A stretch of DNA of 64,000 nt from Candidatus Saccharimonadota bacterium (GCA_026395435.1 JAPLYT010000003.1:4024-68023), one strand, 5' to 3'. Counted from the stretch's first letter, positions 29,952-39,943 are shown. A program made the numbers and translations. Notes: generated by a model from the letters alone, not told the origin.

Positions 29952-32276
29952 ATGAGGCTCCGCCATACTGTGACTAATTTTTATAATGCTTTGAACGGGT
30001 ACCAATCTATTTTTTATTATCTATTTTTGAGCTCGCCTCTAGTATTTATTCAAGATCGTCAAAGTAACTCACGTTACGTACAACTCTGGTTTATTGGTAT
30101 TTCACTCGTCATTGGGGTTATCTTGCAGCGAAAATCGATAAGTCGGTATGTTTCAAGTATCCCTAAAAATGTCATGATTGCAGGGATAATACTTATCGCA
30201 TCAATACTCATTAGTCTCGCTCGCAACTTTGGAGCAAGAGGCCTCATAACTTTTGGTGGGTATGCGCCAGAATACATTGGGTATAGTGCCTGGTTCATTT
30301 TCGTAGCGGGGGCACTGCTTTTCGCAAAAGACATTCGAACGTATATATTTTCATCTGCCCACCTCATACTTTCTGGGCTTGTATTGTTGGTCTCTGTCTT
30401 GACGAGTTATAACGAACTAACCAGAGGAGTACCGCTGAGAGGGCTCCTGTATTCCCCTTTGGCAATGGCCACTTTTGCAAATATTACCCTCGTATTATGT
30501 ATTCTGCGATACAAAGAATCGTCACGTTTTCGTCTGTTATTTGGGCTTTCGATTATTCTGCTTTGTGGCGTAATCCTGGCAACCCAAACAATAGTTGGCA
30601 TAGCCGTTATGGTACTAGTCTTGGTGGTATCCACATTTATATGGCTACAAAAATTTAGTCAAAGAGTCTTCGTCTTGATATTCGTTGGCAGTGTTATGTT
30701 AATCCCAAGCGTTTTCCCCGGATATTTCTGGCATCTCAGGAATCAAGAAATCTCAGGGGGTGTTCGTTACCAAACTACCCTCATAACTGAAGCGGTATCG
30801 AATGCTTCAATCACTCAAATTCTTTTTGGAAGGGGTGCAAAATCCTTACCCAAAGCTGTAGATAATCATAATTTTGCCGAAGCTGAGATTGTAAAGAGCC
30901 TAGATGTTCATACAAGATTCATCGACAATCATTCCCTGTTTTTTGATATTTTTTATTATTTTGGAACGTTGGGTTTTGTGTCATTTCTATTTCTCAATAT
31001 CATTGCACTAAATAAGCTTTTGTATTTACGAAAAAAAGATAACTATGCAACCGGATTTGGGGTCATATATCTCATATTACTTACGTATACAATGGTAGCC
31101 ATGCCTTCGCTATATCTTTCTTTGCTCTATCTCATAGTTTTATTAGCAATGACTACTACTAAACTGGAAGAGGTTAAAAGGCATAAAAAATTCCATGTCC
31201 TTATGCTTGCTGCTCCTTTGGTGTTGGCAGTAGGAATTCTTTTCGTTTCTAGCCAGCCTAAAGCAGAAACGAAGCCAATTAAAACCTCCGTCCGATATAG
31301 TACGAATCAACCGTTTACATCAGAGGCGGAGCGCGTATTGCAGAAAGAGATCCAGAAGTCTTTCGCCGTTCGAGGTTGTGCAATCTTGATGGATGCACAC
31401 AACGGAGAAGTAGTAAGTATGGTTGATGCCGCCACAAACCAATCAGAACAGGTATGTGTATCAGCCTGGGAGCCAGGTTCTGTTATTAAGCCGCTACTAG
31501 TTGCAACTGCCATCGAAAAAGGAACCACCACACCAAATACTACCTTTTATGACCCAGGTTATGTGTATGCCGGAGAAAGAATCTTTCTTAACGCAGAATC
31601 ATATGATCCAGGCCCTGTCAGCACCCAGGCTATTCTTGATCAATCACGAAATACGGGCGCTATCCATATATTCAACGGGCTTGGTAAGACACCTACTCAA
31701 GCAAGAGACACGTGGCACAATAGCCTTACAGGATCATTTAAGTTTGGCAAGAAGACGGGTTTTGATATTCACGAAGCTTCAGGGTATATCCGTAATCCAA
31801 AAGGCGGCAATTATATAGAAGAACAATTTGCCGCTAGTTCATTTGGCGTCGGAATGACAATTACGCCGCTGCAATTAGCTGCAGCGTATGCTCCGCTCGC
31901 CAATGGAGGTATGTATGTAACACCTCACAAAAATGGTACAAATGTAAAAGATGCAACGCGGGTACTATCTTCGAAAACCAGCAACACAATGCAAAATGTA
32001 CTTAAAGAAGCACTCACATTTAATAATAAAAAGGCAGCGCAGAAAGGATTTGCGCTTGGGGGCAAAACAGGAACTGCCCCTATCGTCGATAATGACGGAG
32101 CATACAAAATTTCGGTAGACGACGGTGTATATGTAGGCTTCGTCGGTAAAGATACGCCAAAGTACATTATGGTCGTCCGAGTAGATGAACCAATGAACTA
32201 CAAGTTTGCCAGTTATTCCGCCCGCGACACGTGGGCCAAATTATCTGATTACTTACTTTCGAACGATTTGAACTAG
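29952..32276 (+). CDS. Fusion of an O-antigen-ligase-like polytopic membrane domain and a penicillin-binding transpeptidase domain
   Basis: N-terminal TM bundle with LRGLLYSP, LATQT, LFGRG, DNHSLFFDIFYYFGTLG; C-terminal EPGSVIKP (SxxK), SRN (SxN), GKTGTA (KTG), TPLQLAAAY..LANGG; TATAGT 6 nt before ATG 29952. Confidence 0.82.
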   Translation: MRLRHTVTNFYNALNGYQSIFYYLFLSSPLVFIQDRQSNSRYVQLWFIGISLVIGVILQRKSISRYVSSIPKNVMIAGIILIASILISLARNFGARGLITFGGYAPEYIGYSAWFIFVAGALLFAKDIRTYIFSSAHLILSGLVLLVSVLTSYNELTRGVPLRGLLYSPLAMATFANITLVLCILRYKESSRFRLLFGLSIILLCGVILATQTIVGIAVMVLVLVVSTFIWLQKFSQRVFVLIFVGSVMLIPSVFPGYFWHLRNQEISGGVRYQTTLITEAVSNASITQILFGRGAKSLPKAVDNHNFAEAEIVKSLDVHTRFIDNHSLFFDIFYYFGTLGFVSFLFLNIIALNKLLYLRKKDNYATGFGVIYLILLTYTMVAMPSLYLSLLYLIVLLAMTTTKLEEVKRHKKFHVLMLAAPLVLAVGILFVSSQPKAETKPIKTSVRYSTNQPFTSEAERVLQKEIQKSFAVRGCAILMDAHNGEVVSMVDAATNQSEQVCVSAWEPGSVIKPLLVATAIEKGTTTPNTTFYDPGYVYAGERIFLNAESYDPGPVSTQAILDQSRNTGAIHIFNGLGKTPTQARDTWHNSLTGSFKFGKKTGFDIHEASGYIRNPKGGNYIEEQFAASSFGVGMTITPLQLAAAYAPLANGGMYVTPHKNGTNVKDATRVLSSKTSNTMQNVLKEALTFNNKKAAQKGFALGGKTGTAPIVDNDGAYKISVDDGVYVGFVGKDTPKYIMVVRVDEPMNYKFASYSARDTWAKLSDYLLSNDLN

Positions 32277-32278
32277 CG

Positions 32279-32920
32279 CTACGTAAGTGTATAACTAATT
32301 GCTTTCCAACTGTCTGAAATAAACTGGACGCTAGCGGTCCCTTTGTATGACTTCCCCGCCATTACGGTACTGAAATTTATCGTTCCTGTTGTTTCTGATG
32401 TCTTTTTCCAGGTTGTTTTATCGATAACCACAGAACTGCCTTCAGGCACCTTGCTTGTGTCTGCAATCACGTACGGGTTATTTTTAAGTCCATCTTTTTC
32501 GATTGATAATAATAAGACACAAACGGCTGCCGGGATCACAGCAGCATCACAACTACCCGGAGTATTTAATATAGCTTTTTGCTCTGCCGTAGATGGACTA
32601 TTTACTTTTTCGGTGGCGGGGGCTGTAGCCACAGTGCTAGAGTTTGTAGTATTACTTTGAGCGGACGTATTAGATTGACTTGAGGTTGTTTTGATAGGTG
32701 CAACGTTCTTTTTGGCATAGTAGTAATCTACTGAGACGTAGCCGATGAGGGCTGCCAAAACGGCTCCGAGCACGAGGGCTAAGATTTTCGTTATGCGGGA
32801 ATGAAAAATTGGTCCCATTGTCACTCGCCGAATAGTTGGCTTCGGTGGAGGAGCGGCTGCTGGCTCTTGCTCGGGAGTTATTCGGGGGGTTAAATCATAC
32901 GGATCAAAATCAGGTTTCAT
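32279..32920 (-). CDS. Single-TM surface protein (paralog of 25640-26290)
   Basis: Likely start MKPDFD; TM helix, Ser/Thr linker and the shared Cys-containing C-terminal domain. Confidence 0.75.
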   Translation of the reverse strand: MKPDFDPYDLTPRITPEQEPAAAPPPKPTIRRVTMGPIFHSRITKILALVLGAVLAALIGYVSVDYYYAKKNVAPIKTTSSQSNTSAQSNTTNSSTVATAPATEKVNSPSTAEQKAILNTPGSCDAAVIPAAVCVLLLSIEKDGLKNNPYVIADTSKVPEGSSVVIDKTTWKKTSETTGTINFSTVMAGKSYKGTASVQFISDSWKAISYTLT

Positions 32921-32975
32921 ACATAAGCAGTATAGATTATTTGGTGCCCTGAAGCCAGTAGGCGCGACTCCAAAA

Positions 32976-33767
32976 CTAGACGGCGCGACTTCTATAGCGA
33001 GCGATGGCCAGCGGAACAAAAATCGACAGAATAGCCAATGACCAAACGGCGCTTTTCCAAATTGCTCCGTTGCTAGGCACACCCAAAGCCAGTTCTCGAG
33101 CTGCCTGTACGAGGTGGGTTACAGGCTGGTTGCGGGCAAAGACTTGAAGCCACGACGGCATAGTCTGAATAGGCACGAAAGCGGCGCTGGCAAAAGTGAG
33201 CGGGAAAACAATCACAAAACTCGCCAGCTGAGCGGTCTCAGCATCTCCAACCGACATACCTAGGAATGCGGCCACCCATGAAAATGCAAAGCTAAACAGT
33301 AGCAAAATTCCTATCATACCAATAGCATTTATAAATCCATTTTGAAAACGAAAACCAAGTAGCGTACCAACGGTGAGCATGATTCCAGCCACGGTAAGGT
33401 TACGAACCATGTCAGATAAGGTTCGTCCGGCCATGACGGCACTACGACTCATCGGTAAGCTTCTAAATCGGTCAATAATCCCCTTACCCATATCCTCAGC
33501 AAGGCCAATACCCGTCTGTAATCCACCGAACAACATGGTTTGGGCTAAGATCCCGGGCAGAAGATAATTAATATATTTTCCTCCTGGGATAGCTGTCCCG
33601 TTGCCGATCGCGCCGCCGAATACGAAATTGAATAAGGTCAAAAACATAATTGGCTGAATTGAACTGAAGAATACCAATTGTGGTAGTCGAATGTAGCGAT
33701 AGAGATTACGGCGGGTAATGACAACGGTATCGGAAATTTCATTCCGAATTTGTTTGGACATACTCAT
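32976..33767 (-). CDS. ABC-2 type exporter permease (DrrB-like)
   Basis: QPIMF, YLLPGI, GIIDRFRSLP, MPSWLQ.FA..QPVT. Confidence 0.9.
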   Translation of the reverse strand: MSMSKQIRNEISDTVVITRRNLYRYIRLPQLVFFSSIQPIMFLTLFNFVFGGAIGNGTAIPGGKYINYLLPGILAQTMLFGGLQTGIGLAEDMGKGIIDRFRSLPMSRSAVMAGRTLSDMVRNLTVAGIMLTVGTLLGFRFQNGFINAIGMIGILLLFSFAFSWVAAFLGMSVGDAETAQLASFVIVFPLTFASAAFVPIQTMPSWLQVFARNQPVTHLVQAARELALGVPSNGAIWKSAVWSLAILSIFVPLAIARYRSRAV

Positions 33768-34765
33768 TATTTCTTCCCCTTCTTGGATGCACTACTAGCC
33801 GCATCTTCAGATGTTTGTGTCTTTTTGCCTGTTAATGCCAAGAATACATCATCGAGCGAAGGTCGATGAAGCGATAAACTTGTCGGGATGATTTTTGCCG
33901 TGTTGAGTGCTCCAACTACCGCCATTAAACTCCGTGATCCGTCTTTTACTGGTACCGTGATCGTCAATCCATCTTCATCTATGGTCGGTTCTTTTTTGGC
34001 ATGGCTCGCAACTGCTTTGAGGGCAGTAGCAAGATCGCGTTTATGGGCGAGCTGGAATTCGACCACATCGCCACCAAGCCGAGCTTTGAGCTGGTCGCTG
34101 GTGCCTTCGGCGATTACTTTTCCGTGGTCGATTACTGCGATGTGATCGGCAAGTTCATCAGCTTCTTCGAGATACTGTGTTGTGAGCAGTATGGTGGTGC
34201 CCCCAGCTACGAGATCTCGAATGATGTTCCACAGATCGAGCCGGGTACGTGGGTCAAGCCCCGTTGTCGGTTCATCTAAAAACAATATTTTAGGTTGGCC
34301 GATAAGACTTGCGCCAAGATCTAACCGCCGACGCATACCACCAGAATATGTTTTGACTTGTCGATCAGCAGCATCAGTTAGTTGCAGTCTTTCCAAAATA
34401 TCTGCAGTGCGTTTTTTTGCCTCAGCGTGGCCAAGATGATAGAGCCTACCAGACATGTAGATGTTTTCACGTCCTGTCAAAAATTCATCGACTGCCGCAT
34501 ATTGACCGGCTAATCCGATGATCTCTCGGACTTTGTTGGGTTCTTTATCAACATCGATGCCAAGTACTTTTGCGGTTCCCCTAGTCGGTGAGAGCAATGT
34601 ACTGAGCATCCTGACAATGGTCGTTTTGCCAGCCCCGTTAGGCCCAAGTAGCCCAAATATTTTGCCTTGCTCGGCTTGCAACGTCACGCCGTCAAGAGCT
34701 TTTACCTTGCCGCCATCATAATATTTGGCGACATCTTTAACTTCAAATGCGTATGGCTTCTTCAT
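33767..34765 (-). CDS. ABC exporter ATP-binding protein (DrrA-like)
   Basis: GPNGAGKTT, YSGGM, LFLDEPTTGLDP, TTQYLEEAD, C-terminal PSLDDVFL. Confidence 0.93.
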   Translation of the reverse strand: MKKPYAFEVKDVAKYYDGGKVKALDGVTLQAEQGKIFGLLGPNGAGKTTIVRMLSTLLSPTRGTAKVLGIDVDKEPNKVREIIGLAGQYAAVDEFLTGRENIYMSGRLYHLGHAEAKKRTADILERLQLTDAADRQVKTYSGGMRRRLDLGASLIGQPKILFLDEPTTGLDPRTRLDLWNIIRDLVAGGTTILLTTQYLEEADELADHIAVIDHGKVIAEGTSDQLKARLGGDVVEFQLAHKRDLATALKAVASHAKKEPTIDEDGLTITVPVKDGSRSLMAVVGALNTAKIIPTSLSLHRPSLDDVFLALTGKKTQTSEDAASSASKKGKK

Positions 34766-34872
34766 GTGATTGTTACCCCGTCTCTAAAAGAATATTCTCC
34801 TGTAGTATACGCTTGGTTGCCATAAGGCGCTATACTATTGATAGTTATATTAACAACCAAGGAACACATTTC

Positions 34873-35238
34873 ATGAATCAAACCATTATCAATCTCATCC
34901 TCGCCCTCGCCACCAACGAACTCATGCATAACGGACTCGAAATAAATAACATGCGCGAAAAACTTCGTCGTTTAACGGCCTATATGAACAAGAAATCGTA
35001 CAAAGAATTGCCGGTGAATATCGATACTCGAGCCAAAAGTTACTTTGTATCGTTCATTGCCTTTATCGTTTTTGTGTTGCCACTGTGGGGTGGCTTCACC
35101 CTACTCAATCTTGATCAAACATTGGCACTTAAACTGATCGTTAGTCTACTCGTAGCAAGCTACATCGTCACTGCAGTGGTCGCTGACCAATGGCACATGG
35201 ACATCGAAAAGATTACCAAACCTTTCCGCAAAAAATAA
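34873..35238 (+). CDS. Small membrane protein
   Basis: AAGGA RBS before MNQTII; two TM helices. Confidence 0.65.
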   Translation: MNQTIINLILALATNELMHNGLEINNMREKLRRLTAYMNKKSYKELPVNIDTRAKSYFVSFIAFIVFVLPLWGGFTLLNLDQTLALKLIVSLLVASYIVTAVVADQWHMDIEKITKPFRKK

Positions 35239-35240
35239 TT

Positions 35241-35627
35241 CTATTTTTCAATTGTATGCTGTTCTAGCCAGCTTGCTATTTCCGGAACACTCAAGTGATC
35301 TGTGGCTGTGCGAACAGCAAAATCTTCAAGCTCGTTATCCTGCAAAGAGCTAGTGTCATGACCATTTAGATTTAGGAATAGGAGTGCAGCCATAATACCC
35401 GTTCGCTTATTACCGTCAACAAATGGGTGATCGCCAATAATTCCACGAGCGAGAGCTGCGGCTTTATCATAAATAGTCTGATACACCTCTTGCCCAAAAA
35501 CAGATTGAATTTGCGTGGCGACTACCGCTTCAATTCGGGCGATATCTCTTAGCCCCTGTGACCCACCACTGGCATCAATAATTTGCATATGTAGCAGTTC
35601 TATATCTTGAACTGTCAGTTGTTTCAT
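35241..35627 (-). CDS. doc: Doc/Fic-family toxin of a type II TA system
   Basis: HPFVDGNKRTG Doc-type Fic motif; GLRD and KAAAL motifs. Confidence 0.9.
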   Translation of the reverse strand: MKQLTVQDIELLHMQIIDASGGSQGLRDIARIEAVVATQIQSVFGQEVYQTIYDKAAALARGIIGDHPFVDGNKRTGIMAALLFLNLNGHDTSSLQDNELEDFAVRTATDHLSVPEIASWLEQHTIEK

Positions 35628-35845
35628 CGCTGGCTTAGATTTTTGAGTGCCGTCTTGTGACGTTTGATTAATTTCTGCGCAATAGCCACAACTTCTATGT
35701 CATGGGCGGTAGGCTCGTCAACAAGTTCGTATGTAACTTTGACTTCATCTCCTGTCTTGGCATTAAGTTGTTTTTTGACATGCGCGGGTACTGTAATCAT
35801 GTCACTTGAGCCGACTTTTACTAATTTTTGAGTGCTTTGAATCAT
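35624..35845 (-). CDS. AbrB/MazE-type antitoxin
   Basis: KLVKVGSS..ITVP..V...L..KTGDEV; C-terminal RHKTALKNLS; 4-nt overlap with doc. Confidence 0.82.
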   Translation of the reverse strand: MIQSTQKLVKVGSSDMITVPAHVKKQLNAKTGDEVKVTYELVDEPTAHDIEVVAIAQKLIKRHKTALKNLSQR

Positions 35846-35877
35846 AAGAACATTATAACAATATTATAATATTCTGT

Positions 35878-36135
35878 CTACAGATATTTAGCGGTTACGT
35901 GGTGCTGGTTGATGCCATTCACCAGGTTGGTAAAGCCAAGACGTTGCAAGTACTGCATCGACACAGTACTCCGACTTCCACTGACGCAGTACAATACGAG
36001 TTCGGTATCTTTTGGTACTTCATTCAGCTTACTTGCTCCTGCCATTATTTCGTTAGGCGGGATGTTGATAGCACCAGGCACGTGACCTCGATCGTATTCT
36101 TCAGGTTCTCGAACATCAATGATTATTCTATCCAT
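35878..36135 (-). CDS. Rhodanese-like domain protein
   Basis: IIDVREPEEY..GHVPGAINIP, LYCVSGSRS. Confidence 0.9.
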   Translation of the reverse strand: MDRIIIDVREPEEYDRGHVPGAINIPPNEIMAGASKLNEVPKDTELVLYCVSGSRSTVSMQYLQRLGFTNLVNGINQHHVTAKYL

Positions 36136-36157
36136 ACCGCTAGTATACTCCGTAAAC

Positions 36158-37336
36158 TCACGTGGTACGGCAGACGGGGCATTGTTCTTCTAGGTCGTCG
36201 AATTGGCGCCACGTTTGAATCGACTTACGTATACCCATAACATAGGCATAGCCAATGATATCCGCGGCCTTACGGAGGAGGTATGCCAAAAATCCACTGA
36301 GGACTAGTGGCCCATATTGCAGAACTGCCCAACTTCCGCCAGCTGGCACAACATATGCCGGTTGGCGGTGACGATAGATGTTTGGGGTGCGCCCATTTGC
36401 TTCTTTTAGAATTGTTTTCGCAGCATACTCAGCCTGATACACAGCTGTTTGAGCCATGCCACTATATTTTGTTTCCGCATTGTCGCCGATCACAAATACG
36501 TGCGGATCAACCCGTAAGAATGAGTCGACAATTATTTTATGGCGTTTACTGAATTCAAATTGATTTGCGTTATCTTGATAAAATCCATTATTCGCCATAC
36601 CGGCTGTCCAGATTACGGTGTGAGATGGGATGCTCTTTCCGCTCACTTGCAGTGATGCTTCAGATTCGGATTCGACCGTTTTGCCCGTCATCACTTTTAC
36701 GCCCAATTTTTTAAGCCGACGTTTCACGAGGCGAGATGCCCGAGGACTCATGTTTGGAAGAATACGCGGTGCAGCTTCAATGAGCTCCAGATGCACCGAC
36801 TTCTTTTTTATGTGATGGTTTTTGGCAAGCACTCGCAGATAACTTGCCAGACCAGCGGCAAGTTCTAAGCCGGTCGGTCCGCCACCAACCACGACGTAAT
36901 TTCGATCGAGTTCATGTTCAGCCACTAGTTCTTTGTGTAAATGTGTACGCAGTTTATCAAGTGAATGAATATCTTTAATACCATAAGACAACTCCGGGAG
37001 TCCCGGAATACCAAAGTAGGAAGTTGTTGCACCCATAGACAAGATCGCCGTATCGTACGGTACTTCCTGGCCATTTTTTAGATGTAATTTCCGTAACTTT
37101 CGGTCGATACGGGTGACTTTGGCGTGCATGAGGGTTACGTTGTTAGGGAGAATATCTGCCAGCGGGATTAGAGCTACTCGCCTACGATACCCCGTTGCCA
37201 CCCGATACAAAGCTGCAGAATATCGATACGTTTCCAGGTCACTAATGAGCGTTACGCTGATTCCAGGTTTACCGGACAATTTTCGGGCAGCTACAACCCC
37301 ACCGAATCCACCACCTACAATTACAATTTTTTTCAT
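36158..37336 (-). CDS. ndh: Type II NADH dehydrogenase / FAD-dependent oxidoreductase
   Basis: GGGFGG, VVGGGPTGLELA, IWTAG, VFVIGD, AQTA..QA. Confidence 0.85.
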   Translation of the reverse strand: MKKIVIVGGGFGGVVAARKLSGKPGISVTLISDLETYRYSAALYRVATGYRRRVALIPLADILPNNVTLMHAKVTRIDRKLRKLHLKNGQEVPYDTAILSMGATTSYFGIPGLPELSYGIKDIHSLDKLRTHLHKELVAEHELDRNYVVVGGGPTGLELAAGLASYLRVLAKNHHIKKKSVHLELIEAAPRILPNMSPRASRLVKRRLKKLGVKVMTGKTVESESEASLQVSGKSIPSHTVIWTAGMANNGFYQDNANQFEFSKRHKIIVDSFLRVDPHVFVIGDNAETKYSGMAQTAVYQAEYAAKTILKEANGRTPNIYRHRQPAYVVPAGGSWAVLQYGPLVLSGFLAYLLRKAADIIGYAYVMGIRKSIQTWRQFDDLEEQCPVCRTT

Positions 37337-37489
37337 GATTCAAACATCGCTCTATTAGATAGTGTTAGATTAAGCATAAATGGAAATACTAAAAAACGAA
37401 ATTAAAAAGTTCTGTATAGACAAGAAAGATGACTCCTTGGCAACGATGGCTGCATGTAAAAGTGAATCAGAGAACTGCAAAAACAGAAG

Positions 37490-38206
37490 CTAAGCCGCAA
37501 TAAACTTCTGAAGTTGGAGCGCACTGGGTGCTGCAATTTTGCCTACTGTTCGAACTAATTCTTCAGTTGGGAGTTCGGGATCAATCAGCCAAAATTCTGA
37601 TGGAATCTTACGAATACGTTCTCGATATGTGTCGAGGGCTTCCATGCGTCGATCTAAATCTGCAAAGTAATCTGGATCTTGCTCATACGGATAGGTTTCT
37701 TCGCAAAAAAGTTGCGCCCCACTTGTACACATTTTGGCGAGATTATTGCGACGACGACTATTAATCTTATCGTTACGAACGCAGGTATATAAATCCCGGG
37801 CCGTAAACCAAACCTGACTACGATGATGTATCGATTCATCACTTGGTATCACGGGAGGTATGGTTATTCGATGCAGCCAATTGTGAAACACGATGGGCAT
37901 TCGCACCATGTTCACGTTATGGTTTCTGAATTTTATGACCGTATCGGACTTCCGTTTCTTGAATCCATGAGGATAATCAGCCCCGGGATGATACAAGTGA
38001 TGATCGTTGAACGCTTTTGGCTGTTCGCATTCTTTGGGCCATACATATGCCGGGTCGATAGTTGCCTTAACATCAAGTATCAACTGATGCACATCCACGA
38101 GCCCAACACTATCTAAAGGTGTTGGTATCTGATCTCTTTTGTCGATGAGTCTAAATTCTTCAGGCGGCAGACCACTAAACATTCGGTGGTATTCTGCCTT
38201 GCCCAT
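37490..38206 (-). CDS. Hypothetical protein with His cluster (possible His-Me/HNH-like fold)
   Basis: DHHLYHP...N...FHNWLH. Confidence 0.65.
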   Translation of the reverse strand: MGKAEYHRMFSGLPPEEFRLIDKRDQIPTPLDSVGLVDVHQLILDVKATIDPAYVWPKECEQPKAFNDHHLYHPGADYPHGFKKRKSDTVIKFRNHNVNMVRMPIVFHNWLHRITIPPVIPSDESIHHRSQVWFTARDLYTCVRNDKINSRRRNNLAKMCTSGAQLFCEETYPYEQDPDYFADLDRRMEALDTYRERIRKIPSEFWLIDPELPTEELVRTVGKIAAPSALQLQKFIAA

Positions 38207-38283
38207 ATGTTAGGCGCTGGCTTTCTGAGTAGTCATCTCATGCATTAGTACTATTTAATCATAGATTGTGCAGGCGCGCTAGA

Positions 38284-39471
38284 TTATCGTTCGTATGTTT
38301 TGGCTCCACTAGTGAAGGTAGTTGCTTGAGCTTTTGTTTTGCCAGGGAAGGCTTCCATCTTCATCTTATTTCCGTCAAGCACTTGGAACAATACCGTGCC
38401 TATGACCTGAGGTGTGCCCTGTTGTCGCATCTGCTGTTCCATCATCATGCCTGGATTCGAATATTCCACATATTCGTATGCAACGACACCACTGGATTTG
38501 TCGATAGTTGCCGGGTCTAAAGATCCATCAACAGCGGTAAATTGTGTAGCCTTGCCTTGATAGTCTCCAAACGAAATGTCTGTCTTGGTTGGATTGATTG
38601 CGTCGGGTGCGATCGAGAAGTGTCCGCTCCAGTAGCCACTGCCATCGCTGTGCGCCACTTTATTATCTTCAGGTTTACCTGCACCAGCATAGCCATTAGT
38701 GCCTTCGAGGAACCAGTTGCCCACCAATTTTCCTTCGATGTCATAGTCGATCTTACCACCTCTTGGTTCGGCAGTACGTGGATTCTTTGCAAGTATTTCG
38801 CTCTTGATTGGATCATTAAAATACGTAAAGAAGTCATCGGTATGTATTTTCCAGGTTTCATTCTTGTATGAATCAGGCTTAACAAAACCTTTGAGCTTCA
38901 TACTATAGTTATACACGGCAGTATCGAGCGACTGGGCCCCAACGCGTCCAAGCACTTGCCCTGCTTTGACGGGTACACGGATTTCGCCTTGCTTCATCTT
39001 GCCTTTAATAGATGGATCAATACTTGTCATGAGATCAAAGTAACTTACAATATCGCAGTTGTGCTGAATCTCAATCCGATATTCGCCTTTTTTCTGAGTT
39101 CCTGTATCCACATTCTGAGTTCGTTCTTGGTAGCTGACGATGAATCCATCGGCCATAGCGTACACTGGCGCTGCATCCCGGTTTTTCATATCTTTTGGAT
39201 AAAAATACAAGTGGTCTATAGGGGTGACATGAGCCCCGGCAAGGGTGCCTACAGGCAGGACCGTTTGAACATCTTTCATATCCATAGGGGCATGACTAAA
39301 GGTAACAGGGCCGTTTCCTTTACAGCCTAAGAGCACGGTTGATCCACCAGCCTGTTCTTTACTTTTCGATTTATTCATAACCTTTAGTCCGATGAAGCCA
39401 ATTGCACCAACAACGAATACAACGATGATCAATCCAATTATATGAGAACCACTATCATTAAGTTTTTTCAT
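38284..39471 (-). CDS. Secreted/anchored hypothetical protein with M23/barrel-sandwich-like N-terminal part
   Basis: N-terminal TM; HVTPIDH, PVYAMADG, VKAGQVLG motifs. Confidence 0.65.
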   Translation of the reverse strand: MKKLNDSGSHIIGLIIVVFVVGAIGFIGLKVMNKSKSKEQAGGSTVLLGCKGNGPVTFSHAPMDMKDVQTVLPVGTLAGAHVTPIDHLYFYPKDMKNRDAAPVYAMADGFIVSYQERTQNVDTGTQKKGEYRIEIQHNCDIVSYFDLMTSIDPSIKGKMKQGEIRVPVKAGQVLGRVGAQSLDTAVYNYSMKLKGFVKPDSYKNETWKIHTDDFFTYFNDPIKSEILAKNPRTAEPRGGKIDYDIEGKLVGNWFLEGTNGYAGAGKPEDNKVAHSDGSGYWSGHFSIAPDAINPTKTDISFGDYQGKATQFTAVDGSLDPATIDKSSGVVAYEYVEYSNPGMMMEQQMRQQGTPQVIGTVLFQVLDGNKMKMEAFPGKTKAQATTFTSGAKTYER

Positions 39472-39490
39472 TCCACCCCTCTTTTTTTAC

Positions 39491-39943
39491 TTAAATTAGT
39501 TGTCTTTCGACTTTGAGTACTGGCGTTCGGGCCTGCATATGGCTGAACAGGGCGGCTCGTTCGAAATCATTAAAAAGACCTCGAGACTCTGTAGAAGCTG
39601 GTCGAGTAGTGCGGGCAACAGGCTGTGGAAGGTTACGGTTTGTAGTGCGGGCGATAGGCTGCGCCACGCGGCGTGAAAGTGCAGGCTCTATGGTATGAGT
39701 AGCGATGAGTGGTTTCACTTGTTTAATGCCTTGAGTATGTAGATTGTGCTGAACTTGTTTTATTTCTGTCGATATAGTCTGTATTTGGTTATGGGCGTGA
39801 GTTTTTTGAACGGTAGTTTTGATAACAGGCATAGAATATTCACGATACCCAGAAGCGGCAGGTTGATCCTCGAAGAAGTTAAAGAAACTCGGTTCTCCGG
39901 GAAGGGTTTCATACGAAATAGCTAAATCTGTTAATACGCTCAT
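39491..39943 (-). CDS. Hypothetical protein
   Basis: 150-aa ORF co-oriented with its neighbours. Confidence 0.55.
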   Translation of the reverse strand: MSVLTDLAISYETLPGEPSFFNFFEDQPAASGYREYSMPVIKTTVQKTHAHNQIQTISTEIKQVQHNLHTQGIKQVKPLIATHTIEPALSRRVAQPIARTTNRNLPQPVARTTRPASTESRGLFNDFERAALFSHMQARTPVLKVERQLI

